Shown here in pieces: positions 9,812-21,449 of a DNA stretch of 64,000 nucleotides. Numbering within the stretch: position 1 is the stretch's first letter; every line of letters begins with the position of its first letter. The stretch comes from Robbsia sp. KACC 23696 (GTDB lineage Bacteria > Pseudomonadota > Gammaproteobacteria > Burkholderiales > Burkholderiaceae). The notes under the pieces were generated by a model that did no database searches, had not been told where the DNA came from, and saw only the letters and a program-made list of their open reading frames with translations. The position numbers and the translations under genes were made by a program. Location of the stretch: the NCBI RefSeq assembly GCF_039852015.1, contig NZ_CP156626.1, forward strand, positions 1,024,249 to 1,088,248. The letters run 5' to 3'.

Positions 9812-10987
9812 TTAGCGTGGATACAGCGCGCCCAGTACGCGAAGACCGCGCGCGCCGGTGACGGCGGGGAGATTGCCCGGGGCGCGTTGGCCGAATCGCG
9901 CCGCAAGCCAGGCAAAGGCCAATGCCTCCACATGTTCGACGTCCATGCCCAGTGCTTGCGTACTGACAACGTGCGCAACCGACGGGGCTTTCTCCCGTAG
10001 GGCGGTGCGCAAGGCGCGCATCAGTGTTTCGTTGTGCGCGCCGCCGCCGCACACATAGACCGCGTCGCAACCCGGTGCGTGAATCGCGATTTCCTCGGCG
10101 ATGGTGCGTGCGGTCAATGCCGTCAATGTCGCTTGGATATCGGCGGCGTGCTCCGCTTTGTCGACAGCGTCGCCAATCCCCGCATCGCGCCATGCCTGCA
10201 ATTTGCCGTCGAGCCAGGCGGTATTGAACAGGTCGCGACCGGTACTCTTCGGTGGTGATGCCGAAAAAAACGGTTCATCGAGCAACTGCTTCAGCAGGGT
10301 CTCATCGACGGTTCCTGCCGCGGCCAGTCGGCCGCCCTCATCGTAGGGGCGCCCGAGTGTGCGTTCCGCCCACGCGTCCAGCAAGGCGTTGCCGGGACCG
10401 CAGTCGAAGCCGTGCACCTCGTCCTTGCCGCGAAGGATCGACAGATTGCTGATGCCGCCGATATTGCAGATCACACGCGTCTGCCCCGGCGCGCCGAAAA
10501 CGTCGGCGTGAAATGCCGGCACCAGCGGTGCGCCTTGGCCCCCAGCCGCCAGATCGCGGCTGCGGAAATCGGCGACTACATCGATGCCGGTCAGCTCGGC
10601 GAGTCGCGACGGGTCGTTCAGTTGACGCGTATAGCCTCGTTCAGGACGATGACGAATGGTCTGTCCATGGACGCCGATGGCGACAATGTCCGCAGCCTGA
10701 AGCGCCGTTTCCTGCAGCAATGCCGTGCAGCAGTCGGCATAGACAACGACGAGCGCCTGCGCGGCGAGGGCTTCTCGGTCGATTTCGTTGTCGCCGGGGG
10801 ATTGCAAGGCGAACAAGGCGTCGCGTAACGGTGCCGGAAAGGGCAGGTGGACGTGCGCCAGAACCTCGGGTTGCGGTGCGAATGTCGCGAGTACCCCGTC
10901 TACGCCGTCCATGCTGGTACCGGACATCAGGCCGATGTAGTGGCGCGCCGGTGTTCCGGCGGAGGAGGGGGCTGAGGCGTTGGACAT
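9812..10987 (-). CDS. anmK: Anhydro-N-acetylmuramic acid kinase
   Basis: …[17 protein letters not shown]… N-terminus. …ICNIGGISN…, …[10 protein letters not shown]… and …YVCGGGAHN… motifs of AnmK. Confidence 0.85.
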   Translation of the reverse strand: MSNASAPSSAGTPARHYIGLMSGTSMDGVDGVLATFAPQPEVLAHVHLPFPAPLRDALFALQSPGDNEIDREALAAQALVVVYADCCTALLQETALQAADIVAIGVHGQTIRHRPERGYTRQLNDPSRLAELTGIDVVADFRSRDLAAGGQGAPLVPAFHADVFGAPGQTRVICNIGGISNLSILRGKDEVHGFDCGPGNALLDAWAERTLGRPYDEGGRLAAAGTVDETLLKQLLDEPFFSASPPKSTGRDLFNTAWLDGKLQAWRDAGIGDAVDKAEHAADIQATLTALTARTIAEEIAIHAPGCDAVYVCGGGAHNETLMRALRTALREKAPSVAHVVSTQALGMDVEHVEALAFAWLAARFGQRAPGNLPAVTGARGLRVLGALYPR

Positions 10988-11208
10988 GAAATCGACGTCG
11001 GAGGAGCGGATCGGTCCATCGCACGGCGTCGGCGAACCGTGCGCACGATGAAACGGTCATTCTACCCGCTCGTCCGAGTCGCAAACGCGTCGGGGCGAGG
11101 ATGCCCGGTTAGGGGGAGTGGCGTATCGTTGCTACAATACGGACTTTTCGGCGCTGCCGTATCGATACGGCATTCGCCCTGGCTCTCCAGTTACTCCCAC
11201 GGTTTCGT

Positions 11209-12477
11209 ATGAACGCTGATGCTCTTTCCCCTGCCAATGCGTCGTCCTCGCCGGACAGCGCCGCGTTGCCGTTGACGGCATCGGTGCTGGACACGCTTGC
11301 CGAAGTCAAACGCGGTTGCGACGAATTGCTCGTCGAGTCCGAGTTCGCGCAGAAGCTTGCGCGCGCCGAAAAGTCCGGCACGCCGCTGCGTATCAAGCTC
11401 GGCCTGGACCCGACTGCGCCCGACATCCATCTGGGGCACACCGTTGTGCTCAACAAGATGCGCAAGCTGCAGGATCTGGGCCATACGGTGATCTTCCTGA
11501 TCGGCGGTTTCACGTCGCTGATCGGCGACCCTTCGGGGCGTAACAGCACGCGGCCGCCGTTGACGCAGGAGCAGATCGATACGAATGCGCATACCTACTT
11601 CGAGCAGGCAGCCCTGGTGCTGGATCGCGAGAAGACGGAAATGCGCAACAACACCGAATGGCTGGAGCCGCTGGGCGCCGCCGGCATGATCAAGCTGGCA
11701 TCGCAATCCACGGTGGCGCGGATGTTGGAGCGCGAAGATTTCACGAAACGCTTCCATGGCGGCGTGGCGATTTCGATTCACGAGTTCCTATATCCGTTGC
11801 TGCAAGGCTATGACTCCGTCGCGCTGAAGTCCGATCTCGAACTCGGCGGTACCGATCAGCGCTTCAATCTGCTGATGGGGCGCGAGCTGCAAAAGGCGTA
11901 CGGGCAGGAACCGCAGTGCGTGCTGACGATGCCCTTGCTGGAAGGCTTGGATGGCGTCGAGAAGATGTCGAAGTCGAAGCACAACTACATCGGCATCAGC
12001 GAGAAGCCGAACGATATGTTTGGCAAGCTGATGAGCATCTCCGATACGCTGATGTGGCGTTACTTCGAATTGTTGTCTTTTGAGTCGCTGGGCCGTATCG
12101 CTGGTTTCAAGGCGGAGACCGAGGCGGGCCGCAATCCACGCGACTTCAAGGTGCTGCTGGCGCAAGAAATCGTCACCCGTTTTCACAGCAAGCAGGCAGC
12201 GGAAGGGGCGTTGGAAGACTTCAACCACCGTGCGCGCGGCGGGGTGCCCGACGACATTCCCGAGGTCGCATTGAACGGTGCGCCGTTGGGTATCGCGGCG
12301 TTGCTGAAGCAGGCGGGCCTGGTGCCGTCGACGACGGAAGCAAACCGCAATATCGAGCAGGGTGGCGTCAAGGTGGACGGTACCGCCATCAGCGATCGCG
12401 CCCTGAAGCTCGACGCCGGGACCTACGTCGTGCAAGTGGGCAAGCGCCGTTTCGCGCGCGTCACGCTGTCGGCCTGA
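11209..12477 (+). CDS. tyrS: Tyrosine--tRNA ligase
   Basis: HIGH-type motif (…PDIHLGH…), KMSKS (KMSKSKHN) and a C-terminal S4-like domain. 422 aa. Confidence 0.9.
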   Translation: MNADALSPANASSSPDSAALPLTASVLDTLAEVKRGCDELLVESEFAQKLARAEKSGTPLRIKLGLDPTAPDIHLGHTVVLNKMRKLQDLGHTVIFLIGGFTSLIGDPSGRNSTRPPLTQEQIDTNAHTYFEQAALVLDREKTEMRNNTEWLEPLGAAGMIKLASQSTVARMLEREDFTKRFHGGVAISIHEFLYPLLQGYDSVALKSDLELGGTDQRFNLLMGRELQKAYGQEPQCVLTMPLLEGLDGVEKMSKSKHNYIGISEKPNDMFGKLMSISDTLMWRYFELLSFESLGRIAGFKAETEAGRNPRDFKVLLAQEIVTRFHSKQAAEGALEDFNHRARGGVPDDIPEVALNGAPLGIAALLKQAGLVPSTTEANRNIEQGGVKVDGTAISDRALKLDAGTYVVQVGKRRFARVTLSA

Positions 12478-12484
12478 GTTGCCG

Positions 12485-13345
12485 ATGATACGTGCAGCCG
12501 ACGTTGCCGCCACGCAGGAAACCGTGCCTGCCGCCTTGGCGCCGACGATCGTTCTGCTGATACGGCATGGCGAAACGGCATGGAACGCGGTCAAGCGTAT
12601 CCAAGGCCAGATCGATATTCCGCTGTCGGAGGTCGGACTGGCGCAGGCCGAGGCGCTCGCACGTCGCTGGACGGCTTCGATCGCGGGAGCAGCGGCCGAT
12701 TCGACGCCCGATGGTGGCGATGCGGGCGGCCTGGCTGCGATAGCCGGCGCCCCTTTGATCGGCGAGGTTGGGTCGTCGGTGCCGCGCGATGCGTCGGCCT
12801 GGGTGGCGCCCTTGTCCGCGATCGTGAGCAGCGATCTGTCGCGCGCGATGCAGACGGCCGCGCCGTTGCTGCGGGTACTTGCTCCCGATGCGGCCGCAAC
12901 CGATGTCGTGCAGGCAGTGGGGCTGCGTGAGCGCCTGTTCGGCGTGTTCGAGCGGCACGATAAAGCGGCGATCGCTCAGCGTTGGCCCGCGGCCTACGCA
13001 CAATGGATTACGCACGATCCGGACTTCGCGCCCGAGAGCGGCGAGTCGATCCGGACACTGTCGCAACGGGTAGTGCAGACCTTGGGCGAACAGGCGCGTC
13101 GATATGCGGGGGGAACGATCGCCTGCGTGGCGCATGGCGGCGTACTCGATTGCGCGTTACGGTTTGCGCAGGGCGTGGCCCTCGATGCGCCGCGCCCGGG
13201 CGTTCTGTTGAACGCCAGCATCAATGCGCTGCGTTGGTATCCCGGCCAGACGCCGGCGGAAGATCGGGCCGAGGTGCTGGCGTGGGGCGATGTCGCCCAC
13301 CTCGGCGATTTCGATGCGAAAGGCGTCGGCGACGATCGCGTCTAA
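12485..13345 (+). CDS. Histidine phosphatase family protein (phosphoglycerate-mutase-like)
   Basis: LIRHGETAWN (RHG catalytic motif) near the N-terminus. ATG at 12485, the track start at 12479 being a TTG. Low-complexity insertion between the two half-domains. Confidence 0.7.
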   Translation: MIRAADVAATQETVPAALAPTIVLLIRHGETAWNAVKRIQGQIDIPLSEVGLAQAEALARRWTASIAGAAADSTPDGGDAGGLAAIAGAPLIGEVGSSVPRDASAWVAPLSAIVSSDLSRAMQTAAPLLRVLAPDAAATDVVQAVGLRERLFGVFERHDKAAIAQRWPAAYAQWITHDPDFAPESGESIRTLSQRVVQTLGEQARRYAGGTIACVAHGGVLDCALRFAQGVALDAPRPGVLLNASINALRWYPGQTPAEDRAEVLAWGDVAHLGDFDAKGVGDDRV

Positions 13346-13350
13346 GCGAA

Positions 13351-14247
13351 TCAGTCGGCGTCGCCCTTGCCGGCCGCCACGCGTGCCCGCGCACGTTTCG
13401 ATACCCCATTGGTCAGCGCCCAGCGCATGATTTTTCCCACGCCGTGTACACTGGGGCGCAGCGCCAGCCTGCGCGCCGCCGCATAGCGATCGAGTCCGAA
13501 CATTTCCTGCGCCCAGGGCGGCAACAGGTCTGGCCCCGCGTGCAACAGCAGGCGCGCGGCCGGCCAGATCGCCTTGTTCGGCGCCGGCGCATGCATCAGC
13601 ACCTGCAGCACTTCCTGCGTGCGTGCATCACATCGCAGCGTCGGACGCATCCGCGCGATATAGCTGTCGATCTCGGCGCGGTTGCGCGGCACGCCGCGGC
13701 CGCCGAGCATCTCGGTGACCAGCGCCGTTTCCGCGTAGTAGCGGTCCTGCTCCTCGCCGCTCAGCGCTGGATTGACGTAGACCATGTAGGCATGCAGAAA
13801 GCACGACATCTCCGCCACATGGACCCACGTCAGCAGATCCGGATCGTCGGCCGCATAGGGTCGACCGTCCGGTGCGACACCGGTAATACGGCGATGAATC
13901 GCCTTCACGCGCTCGATCATCATCAAGGCGTCGGCGCGGCTGCCGAAGGTAGTGGCGGCGATAAACGTCGCCGTTCGTCCCAGGCGGCCGTGGATATCCT
14001 GACGGAACGTGGAGTGATCCCAGACGCCCGCCAATGCCAAGGGGTGCAGCATCTGCAGCAGCAGGGCGGCAACGCCGCCCACCAGCATCGACGTGAAATC
14101 GGCATGGACGCGCCAGCAGACGCTGTCGGGCCCGTAGAGCCCGAGATCGCCGGGCGGTTGGCTGTAATCGATGCGCAGGCGGCTGTCCGTGGTGACACGG
14201 TTCACGCCCTGCACGATCCGTTGTTTCAGAAAATCGCCGGCGCCCAT
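13351..14247 (-). CDS. MpaB/DUF2236-family oxygenase-like protein
   Basis: 298-aa ORF. Family assignment rests on overall composition and motif recollection (…WRVHADFTSMLVGG…HP…) and should be confirmed by HMM search. Confidence 0.55.
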   Translation of the reverse strand: MGAGDFLKQRIVQGVNRVTTDSRLRIDYSQPPGDLGLYGPDSVCWRVHADFTSMLVGGVAALLLQMLHPLALAGVWDHSTFRQDIHGRLGRTATFIAATTFGSRADALMMIERVKAIHRRITGVAPDGRPYAADDPDLLTWVHVAEMSCFLHAYMVYVNPALSGEEQDRYYAETALVTEMLGGRGVPRNRAEIDSYIARMRPTLRCDARTQEVLQVLMHAPAPNKAIWPAARLLLHAGPDLLPPWAQEMFGLDRYAAARRLALRPSVHGVGKIMRWALTNGVSKRARARVAAGKGDAD

Positions 14248-14255
14248 CGCGGCCC

Positions 14256-15326
14256 CTACGCCTGGGACGGCGCGGGAGGAGCCGGATCGGGCGTCGACGT
14301 CGTGCTGCCCGGCGCCGTCAGACCGAAGTGGCGATAGGCGAGCAGCGTCGCCATCCGACCCCGCGGCGTCCGTTGCACATAGCCCTGTTGGATCAGATAG
14401 GGTTCGATGACATCCTCGATCGTGTCCCGTTCCTCGCCGATGGCGGCTGCCAGATTATCCAGTCCGACCGGACCGCCGTCGAATTTCAGCAGGATGGCTT
14501 CCAGCAGCGTCCGGTCCATCAGGTCGAAGCCGACGGGGTCGATATCGAGCATCTTCAGTGCCGCGTCGGCGATCTCCGGGGTGATCTGGCCATCGGCTTT
14601 GACTTCGGCATAGTCGCGTACGCGACGCAGCAGTCGGTTCGCGATACGCGGCGTGCCGCGCGAACGCCGGGCGATTTCCATCGCCCCTTCCGGGCCGATC
14701 GCCGCGCCGACCAGGCCCGCCGACCGTTGCACGATGCGCGACAGTTCGTCGGCCGTATAAAACTCGAGTCGGGCGACGATGCCGAAGCGATCGCGCAAGG
14801 GATTCGTCAGCATGCCGGCACGGGTCGTCGCGCCCACCAGCGTGAACGGCTGCAGGTCGAGCTTGACGCTGCGCGCGCCCGGACCCTCGCCGATCATGAT
14901 GTCGATCTGGTAATCCTCGAGCGCCGGATACAGGATTTCCTCGACCACCGGCGAGAGCCGATGGATTTCGTCGATGAAGAGCACATCGTTGGGTTCGAGG
15001 TTCGTCAGCAACGCGGCGAGGTCGCCGGCGCGTTCGAGCACCGGCCCCGACGTCTGTCGCAGATTGACGCCCATTTCGCGCGCGATGATGTGCGCGAGCG
15101 TGGTCTTGCCCAAACCCGGCGGCCCGAACAGCAGCACATGATCCAGTGCCTCGCTGCGGTTACGGGCGGCCTGGACGAAAATCTCCAACTGGCCGCGCAC
15201 CTTCTGCTGCCCGACGTAGTCGTCGAGTTGCTTCGGACGCAATGCGCGTTCATACGCTTCTTCGCGCGCCGAGACCGGCGCGGCGGAGATCAGTCGGTCA
15301 CCCGAGAGTTTGTCTGTTTCGATCAT
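14256..15326 (-). CDS. ruvB: Holliday junction branch migration ATPase RuvB
   Basis: Walker [10 protein letters not shown], …[10 protein letters not shown]…, sensor and winged-helix regions. 356 aa. Confidence 0.95.
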   Translation of the reverse strand: MIETDKLSGDRLISAAPVSAREEAYERALRPKQLDDYVGQQKVRGQLEIFVQAARNRSEALDHVLLFGPPGLGKTTLAHIIAREMGVNLRQTSGPVLERAGDLAALLTNLEPNDVLFIDEIHRLSPVVEEILYPALEDYQIDIMIGEGPGARSVKLDLQPFTLVGATTRAGMLTNPLRDRFGIVARLEFYTADELSRIVQRSAGLVGAAIGPEGAMEIARRSRGTPRIANRLLRRVRDYAEVKADGQITPEIADAALKMLDIDPVGFDLMDRTLLEAILLKFDGGPVGLDNLAAAIGEERDTIEDVIEPYLIQQGYVQRTPRGRMATLLAYRHFGLTAPGSTTSTPDPAPPAPSQA

Positions 15327-15348
15327 GCAGCCATTGTACCGCCCAACG

Positions 15349-15942
15349 TCAGGCCTTCGACAAAGTCTTCAGCGCCTGGCGGATGCCGTTTGACACGTCG
15401 ATGTCGGGCGGCAGCAAGCGGATCGCGGCGGCCGATTCTTTTTCCGAGTAACCGAGGGCGAGCAGGGCCTGCAGCACGTCGCTTCCGGTGTCGCCGGCAG
15501 TGGGAACCGTGCTCGCGCCCTGACCCAAGGCACCCAGATCGGCGCCGAGTTTGCCCTTCAATTCGAGCAGCAGACGTTCGGCGGTCTTCTTGCCGATGCC
15601 GGGAACCTTGGTCAGGCGCGCGACTTCCTGCGCCGTCACCGCCTGCGCCAATTCGGCCACGCTCATCCCGGACAACACGGACAGGGCCATGCGCGCGCCG
15701 ATGCCGCTGATCTTCAACAATTCACGGAAGGCGCCGCGCTCCTGCGCCGTCGCAAAGCCGAACAACAGGTGTGCATCTTCGCGCACGATCTGCTGTACCA
15801 GCAGCACCACCGGTTCGCCGAGGTGCGGCAGGTGATAGAAGGTGCTCATCGGCACCGAAATCTCATAACCGACGCCGGCACAGTCGACCAGGATGGAAGG
15901 GGGATTTTTTTCGAGCAGCTTGCCAGCGATACGACCGATCAT
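15349..15942 (-). CDS. ruvA: Holliday junction DNA helicase RuvA
   Basis: [12 protein letters not shown]…, HhH motifs (…[13 protein letters not shown]… …[13 protein letters not shown]…), C-terminal RuvB-binding domain. Confidence 0.9.
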   Translation of the reverse strand: MIGRIAGKLLEKNPPSILVDCAGVGYEISVPMSTFYHLPHLGEPVVLLVQQIVREDAHLLFGFATAQERGAFRELLKISGIGARMALSVLSGMSVAELAQAVTAQEVARLTKVPGIGKKTAERLLLELKGKLGADLGALGQGASTVPTAGDTGSDVLQALLALGYSEKESAAAIRLLPPDIDVSNGIRQALKTLSKA

Positions 15943-15999
15943 GATCAGCGGAGAGAGGGGGAGGAAAGGGAGGCGCCGACTATCGCACGCCGCGCGATG

Positions 16000-16599
16000 T
16001 CACGATTCGATCAATCGGCCACGCCGGACGCGCATGCCGCGACGCGCCAGTTCAGGGGCCATCGTGCGCAATTGGCCAAGCACGTCGCCGGCATGGGCAT
16101 GGCAAATCGCCACGCCCAACGCATCGGCGGCATCGGTGCCCGGCAGGCCGGACAGGCTCAACAGGCGCGCGACCATTTCCTGCACCTGTTCTTTCTTTGC
16201 GCGCCCGCTGCCCACCACGGCCTGCTTCAATTGCAAGGCCGTATATTCGGCCACCGGCAGATCGGCGGTCACCAGGCCGCAGATTGCGGCGCCGCGGGCC
16301 TGGCCGAGCAGCAGCGTCGATTGCGGATTCACATTGACGAAAACTTTCTCGATGGCGGCGCAGTCGGGTTTGAATTGCGCGACCAGCTCACGCACCCCCT
16401 CGAAGATAACCTTCAGGCGCGCGGGCAGATCGCCTTCGCCGCTGCGGATCACGCCGCTGCTGACATAGGTGAGGACATGCGCGCGCTGTTCGATGACGCC
16501 GAAGCCGGTGACGCGCAAGCCCGGATCGATACCGAGAATGCGGGTCGGCACGGCGGCTTGCGCCGTGCCGACAGGGACCGGCTGAAGCGCGCGAACCAT
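16000..16599 (-). CDS. ruvC: Crossover junction endodeoxyribonuclease RuvC
   Basis: …[15 protein letters not shown]… with catalytic Asp, …AIEKVFV…. N-terminal ~20 aa may be an over-extension. Confidence 0.85.
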   Translation of the reverse strand: MVRALQPVPVGTAQAAVPTRILGIDPGLRVTGFGVIEQRAHVLTYVSSGVIRSGEGDLPARLKVIFEGVRELVAQFKPDCAAIEKVFVNVNPQSTLLLGQARGAAICGLVTADLPVAEYTALQLKQAVVGSGRAKKEQVQEMVARLLSLSGLPGTDAADALGVAICHAHAGDVLGQLRTMAPELARRGMRVRRGRLIES

Positions 16600-18176
16600 C
16601 AGTGACGGAAGTGACGCGTGCCCGTCATCACCATCGCGACATTCTGCTCGTCTGCCGCTTCGATGACTTCACCGTCGCGCATCGAGCCACCCGGATGGAT
16701 GACGCACGTCGCGCCGGCCTTCACGACCACATCCAGACCGTCGCGGAACGGGAAGAAGGCATCCGAGGCGACCGCCGAGCCTTGCAGCGTCAGACCGGCA
16801 TTCGTTGCCTTGATTTCCGCGATGCGCGCCGAGTCGATGCGGCTCATCTGGCCCGCGCCAACGCCCAGCGTCTGACCGTTTGCGCAGAACACGATGGCGT
16901 TCGACTTGACGAACTTCGCGACGCGCCATGCGAACAGCAGATCGTCCATTTCCTTCGGCGTCGGATGACGCTTGGTGACCACCCGCAATTCATGCGGCAA
17001 CACGTTGCGCGTGTCCGCCGATTGCACCAGCAAACCGCCGCCCACACGCTTCAGGTCGAGCGCATTATGCGAGGCGCTGTCCTTTGCCGGCAACGCAATT
17101 TCCAGCACGCGGACGTTTTGCTTGGCGGCCAGCAACGCTTTCGCGCCGGCGCTGAACGACGGCGCGATCAGCACTTCGACGAATTGCTTGCTGACGGCGG
17201 CGGCGGCCGCTTCGTCGACTTCCTTGTTGAAGGCGATGATGCCGCCGAACGCCGAGGTCGGGTCCGTCGAAAATGCCTTCTGATACGCGGCTTCGGGCGT
17301 TTCCGCGATGGCCACGCCGCACGGGTTCGCGTGCTTGACGATGACGCAGGCCGGCACGTCGAAGCTCTTCACGCATTCCCACGCGGCATCGGCATCGGCG
17401 ATGTTGTTGAACGACAGTTCCTTGCCCTGCAACTGCGCATACGCCGCCAACGCGCCGGCCGGCGTCACCAGGTCGCGATAGAACGCGGCGCCTTGATGCG
17501 GGTTCTCACCGTAACGCAGGTCCTGCACCTTTTCGAACGACAGATTCAACGTGGCCGGATAGTCGTTGCGATCGCTGTGCTGCAGGTTGTCCTTCAGGCT
17601 GGTCAGGTAGTTCGTGATCGCGCCGTCATATTGCGCAGTGTGCGCGAAGACCTTCGTCGCCAGGCGGAAGTTCGTCGGATAGGCGACGGTGTTCTGATTG
17701 GCGCGCATCTCGTCCAGCACGACCGCATAGTCGGCCGGATCGACGATCACAGTGACGTCGCGGTGGTTCTTTGCCGCGGAACGCAGCATCGTCGGGCCGC
17801 CGATGTCGATGTTCTCGATCGCTTCTTCCAGCGTCGCATCGGACTTCGCGATCGTTTCGCGGAACGGGTAGAGATTCACGACCAGCAGATCGATCGTCGG
17901 GATCGCGTGCTGTTCCAGCGCGGCGACGTGCTCGGGCAGATCGCGACGGGCCAGGATGCCGCCGTGGATCTTCGGGTGCAGCGTTTTCACGCGGCCGTCG
18001 AGCATTTCAGGGAAGCCGGTGTAGTCGGCCACCTCGGTGCAGGCAATGCCTTCGGCGGCCAGCAACTTGGCGGTGCCGCCCGTCGACAGGATCGTGACGC
18101 CCAGATCGGCGAGTGAACGGGCAAAGTCGACGACGCCCGACTTGTCGGATACGGAAATGAGCGCTTGCTTGATCAT
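16599..18176 (-). CDS. purH: Bifunctional AICAR transformylase / IMP cyclohydrolase
   Basis: ATG at 18176 ([15 protein letters not shown]…) inside the longer track ORF. MGS-like and AICARFT domains (…[11 protein letters not shown]…). Confidence 0.9.
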   Translation of the reverse strand: MIKQALISVSDKSGVVDFARSLADLGVTILSTGGTAKLLAAEGIACTEVADYTGFPEMLDGRVKTLHPKIHGGILARRDLPEHVAALEQHAIPTIDLLVVNLYPFRETIAKSDATLEEAIENIDIGGPTMLRSAAKNHRDVTVIVDPADYAVVLDEMRANQNTVAYPTNFRLATKVFAHTAQYDGAITNYLTSLKDNLQHSDRNDYPATLNLSFEKVQDLRYGENPHQGAAFYRDLVTPAGALAAYAQLQGKELSFNNIADADAAWECVKSFDVPACVIVKHANPCGVAIAETPEAAYQKAFSTDPTSAFGGIIAFNKEVDEAAAAAVSKQFVEVLIAPSFSAGAKALLAAKQNVRVLEIALPAKDSASHNALDLKRVGGGLLVQSADTRNVLPHELRVVTKRHPTPKEMDDLLFAWRVAKFVKSNAIVFCANGQTLGVGAGQMSRIDSARIAEIKATNAGLTLQGSAVASDAFFPFRDGLDVVVKAGATCVIHPGGSMRDGEVIEAADEQNVAMVMTGTRHFRH

Positions 18177-18389
18177 GTCAAAAGAACGGCAAAGAAGAAC
18201 AAAGGCGAAAGAAAGGACGTCACGAGAACGTCGAGCGTGAGACGGATGGTGCATGGCGCGATGACCCATCGACCGCCGTTTGCCGCCTGTCCGGACGATT
18301 CCCTAAGCGGACATCGTGGAGGGCGCGGCATCGATGGATGCCGGCTGCATCGCCTGCTTGTCGGCAGACCCTGCAGTCGGCTCGCCGGA

Positions 18390-18626
18390 TCACTTGATCA
18401 GGCCGTGATCCTTCAGCTTCTTGCGCAAGGTATTGCGGTTGATGCCTAAGTATTCGGCGGCCAGGGACTGATTGCCGCTGGCGCGCTCGAGTACCACTTC
18501 CAGCATCGGTTTCTCGACGCAGGAAATGATCATTTCGTAGATCTCGTTCGGGTTCGATCCGTCGAGGTCCCGGAAGTATTCATCCAGGCTCTCGCGGACG
18601 CACCGCTCGATATTATGTCGGCTCAT
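18390..18626 (-). CDS. fis: DNA-binding protein Fis
   Basis: 78 aa, C-terminal HTH …GNQSLAAEYLGINRNTLRKKLK…. Overlaps the dusB stop (dusB-fis operon). Confidence 0.85.
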   Translation of the reverse strand: MSRHNIERCVRESLDEYFRDLDGSNPNEIYEMIISCVEKPMLEVVLERASGNQSLAAEYLGINRNTLRKKLKDHGLIK

Positions 18627-19726
18627 GCGGCAAGGGGTTGCGAATTGTCCGTATGGTCCGCATCGCGGCTGCCGTCGATGCCCGCCGAGGCGGCATCGTC
18701 CGGCGCGTCATATACGAGGCGGTCCGACAACAACTTCTGTTCTTCAAAAAACGCGTTGACCGCGGCCAATTGTTCGCGCGTAGTGTCCAGCGTATTCATC
18801 TGGTGGCGGAACGCGTTGGCGCCCTTGAGCACCTTCGTGTACCAGCCGATATGCTTGCGTGCGGTTCGGACGCCGGTGAATTCGCCGTAGAACGCATAGT
18901 GATCTTCCAGGTGCCGATTCATCACGGCCTGGATATCGTCGACGCGCGGCGGCGGCAGCACTTCGCCGGTTTCCAGATAATGCGCGATCTCGCGGAAGAT
19001 CCAGGGCCGTCCCTGCGCCGCGCGGCCGATCATGACGGCATCGGCGCCGGTCACGCGCAACACGTGCGCCGCTTTTTGCGGCGAGTCGATATCGCCGTTG
19101 GCCACCACCGGGATGCCGATTGCCGCCTTGACCGCGGCGATCGTTTCGTACTCGGCGTCGCCGCGGTACAGATCGGCGCGCGTCCGGCCATGAATCGTCA
19201 GCATCGAAATGCCCGCCGCTTCCGCGATATGCGCAATCCGCAGCGCATTGCGGTTTTCCGGATTCCAGCCGGTGCGGATCTTCAACGTCACCGGCACGGC
19301 GTCGGGTCCGACGCCGACCGCGTTGACCACGGCCTCGACGATGCGTGCCACCAGCGCTTCGTTCTGCAACAGCGCGGAGCCGGCGGCGACGTTACAGACC
19401 TTCTTCGCCGGACAGCCCATATTGATGTCGATGATCTGCGCACCATTCGCGACATTATGTCGCGCTGCGTCGGCAAGCATCTGCGGATCGGCACCGGCGA
19501 TCTGTACCGAGATCGGTTCCACTTCGCCCTGATGATTGGCCCGTCGTAATGTCTTCTCGCTTTTCCACAGCAAAGCGTTGGACGCAACCATCTCCGACAC
19601 CGCATAGCCGGCGCCCAAATGCTTGCATAACTGACGGAATGGCCGATCCGTCACGCCAGCCATCGGCGCGACAAACAACGCATTACGGAGCGTATGCGAT
19701 CCGAGTTGGGGTCCGGTAGGAAACAT
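18623..19726 (-). CDS. dusB: tRNA-dihydrouridine synthase B
   Basis: …LRNALFVAPMAGVTDRPFR…, FMN-binding TIM-barrel motifs. Start chosen at MFPTGPQLGSH (19726). The track ORF extends to 19828. Confidence 0.75.
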   Translation of the reverse strand: MFPTGPQLGSHTLRNALFVAPMAGVTDRPFRQLCKHLGAGYAVSEMVASNALLWKSEKTLRRANHQGEVEPISVQIAGADPQMLADAARHNVANGAQIIDINMGCPAKKVCNVAAGSALLQNEALVARIVEAVVNAVGVGPDAVPVTLKIRTGWNPENRNALRIAHIAEAAGISMLTIHGRTRADLYRGDAEYETIAAVKAAIGIPVVANGDIDSPQKAAHVLRVTGADAVMIGRAAQGRPWIFREIAHYLETGEVLPPPRVDDIQAVMNRHLEDHYAFYGEFTGVRTARKHIGWYTKVLKGANAFRHQMNTLDTTREQLAAVNAFFEEQKLLSDRLVYDAPDDAASAGIDGSRDADHTDNSQPLAA

Positions 19727-19927
19727 GCGATCGGGGCCGATGGGCGGCAAATCAAGGCGGGGACTGAGTGTGGCCGTGTCAGGCACGGCTGCAGTGCCGC
19801 CAAAGCGCAAACGCGTATTGTATCGCAAGCGCTGCGCGCGCCGTTAAGAAGCTGCACACAAACGACGCAATCGTGCTGCGGTGCAGCGTCCCGCCGCGAT
19901 CACTCGCCTCCCGCGCCTCCCGTGCGC

Positions 19928-21376
19928 TTAGCGACGCTGGCCGAACATCATCTGACGGGCGAGCCAGGTTTTGGCACCAGGCAGGCAATCGAGCGCTGCC
20001 AGGGCGACGCCGCGCAGATGCGCCAGCGGCGGGAAGGGGTGGGTGAAGCCGCGGGCCAGCGCATCGGTCAGGCCGATCGTGATGCGTCGATCCCACTGCC
20101 GACTTGCGGCAAACGCCTGCAATGCCGCTGGCGTCGTACCGTGCCGGCCGATCGCCAATGCCAATGCCTGCGCGTCGCGAACGCCCAGGTTCAGGCCTTG
20201 GCCCGCGACTGGATGCAGCGTCTGCGCCGCATTGCCGATCGTCGCGATGCGGCCGTCGGCCAGTAAGTCGGTGGCACGAAGGCGCAGGTCGAAGGTGGCG
20301 CGGCCGCTGATACCGATGAACTGCCCAAGACGGTCACCGAAGGTGCCGTGCAGTTCCGCAAGAAAGGCCGCATCGTCCATTGCCATGCGGGCGGCCGCCT
20401 GTTCCGGCGATTGACACCACACCAAGGCGTAATCGGCCGGTGCCGCCGCCGTGGGCGCACCGGCAGCCGTCGCGGGGCCGTCGAATGCTCCGGACTCGGC
20501 GAGCGGCAGCAGTGCCAACGGCCCTTCATCGGTGAAACGCTCCCACGCCACCCGAGGTTGCGGGGCGCTGGTCCGTACCGCCCCGACGATGGCCGTCTGC
20601 GCATAGTCGCGCGTCCGATCCGTCGTGCTGTCCGCCGCGTGATCCGGACGCGTGGGCGTGACCCGACCCCCTTCCGCGTGCACGACCAGGCGGGCGCGCA
20701 GCGTCGTCGGGAAGCGCGTGGCCGTAGAATCCGATGCGGCCGCCGCCCCGCCGCGCTTGTTCGCCTCGGCTGGGCTGGCCGGCATCAGCGTCAAGGAAAC
20801 GCCGTCGGCGTCCTGCACGATCGCGGTCGCCGTGCATCGTTCATACAGCGTCAAGGCTGCGTGCTTCGTTTGCGCGCTGCCGCCGCTGCCACCCATGTCG
20901 CCGATGCTGACGTCGGCTTGATTGCGCCGCGCGGCCAGGCGCAGGACGCCGTCCCGCAGCGCGCCGGCAATCGCACCATAGCGCACGACGTAGCCCAGCG
21001 CGGGCAAGCGATGCGCGTCGTGGCGGATCAGCGCGCGACCCAGATAGCCGCGCTGCGAGACATGGATCGTTTCGATCGGTGTGGCCTGTTCGGGCCAGCC
21101 CAGCGGCGCCAGCAAGGCCTGGCTCCCATGCGACAGCGCGAGCACGCGCGGGTCCCGGTCGGCGGCCGCGCGCGTGCGCGAATCGATCAAGGTCAGCGAC
21201 AGTCCGGCCGTGGCGCTGTGCCGGGCCAGCGCACCGGCCAGCGCCAGGCCGACCGGGCCCGCGCCGATAATGACGATATCGACGGACGGAATCGTCGCCG
21301 CCTGCGCGACGGGAGACATCGACGCGACGTCAGGCGGAAGGGAGGCCAAATCGGCGTCGAGGTGCTGCGGATTCAT
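19928..21376 (-). CDS. ubiH: FAD-dependent monooxygenase of UbiH/UbiF/VisC(UbiI) family (ubiquinone biosynthesis hydroxylase)
   Basis: N-terminal Rossmann …DIVIIGAGPVGLALA…, …GRIATIGNAAQTLHPVAGQGLNLGVRDA… fingerprint. Contains low-complexity insertions. Sits next to pepP as in the pepP-ubiH-visC cluster. Confidence 0.7.
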   Translation of the reverse strand: MNPQHLDADLASLPPDVASMSPVAQAATIPSVDIVIIGAGPVGLALAGALARHSATAGLSLTLIDSRTRAAADRDPRVLALSHGSQALLAPLGWPEQATPIETIHVSQRGYLGRALIRHDAHRLPALGYVVRYGAIAGALRDGVLRLAARRNQADVSIGDMGGSGGSAQTKHAALTLYERCTATAIVQDADGVSLTLMPASPAEANKRGGAAAASDSTATRFPTTLRARLVVHAEGGRVTPTRPDHAADSTTDRTRDYAQTAIVGAVRTSAPQPRVAWERFTDEGPLALLPLAESGAFDGPATAAGAPTAAAPADYALVWCQSPEQAAARMAMDDAAFLAELHGTFGDRLGQFIGISGRATFDLRLRATDLLADGRIATIGNAAQTLHPVAGQGLNLGVRDAQALALAIGRHGTTPAALQAFAASRQWDRRITIGLTDALARGFTHPFPPLAHLRGVALAALDCLPGAKTWLARQMMFGQRR

Positions 21377-21449
21377 GCAATTGGGCGGTTAGGGTTCCGG
21401 ACAGGGCGTCCGGACACGGGGCACTCGGCGAGGCAAACTGCGGGCGGGC

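Noticed and set aside
16602-18116. 504-aa + strand ORF opposite purH
   Set aside because: Antisense artefact (R/D/G-rich, no domain). purH on − is clearly real.
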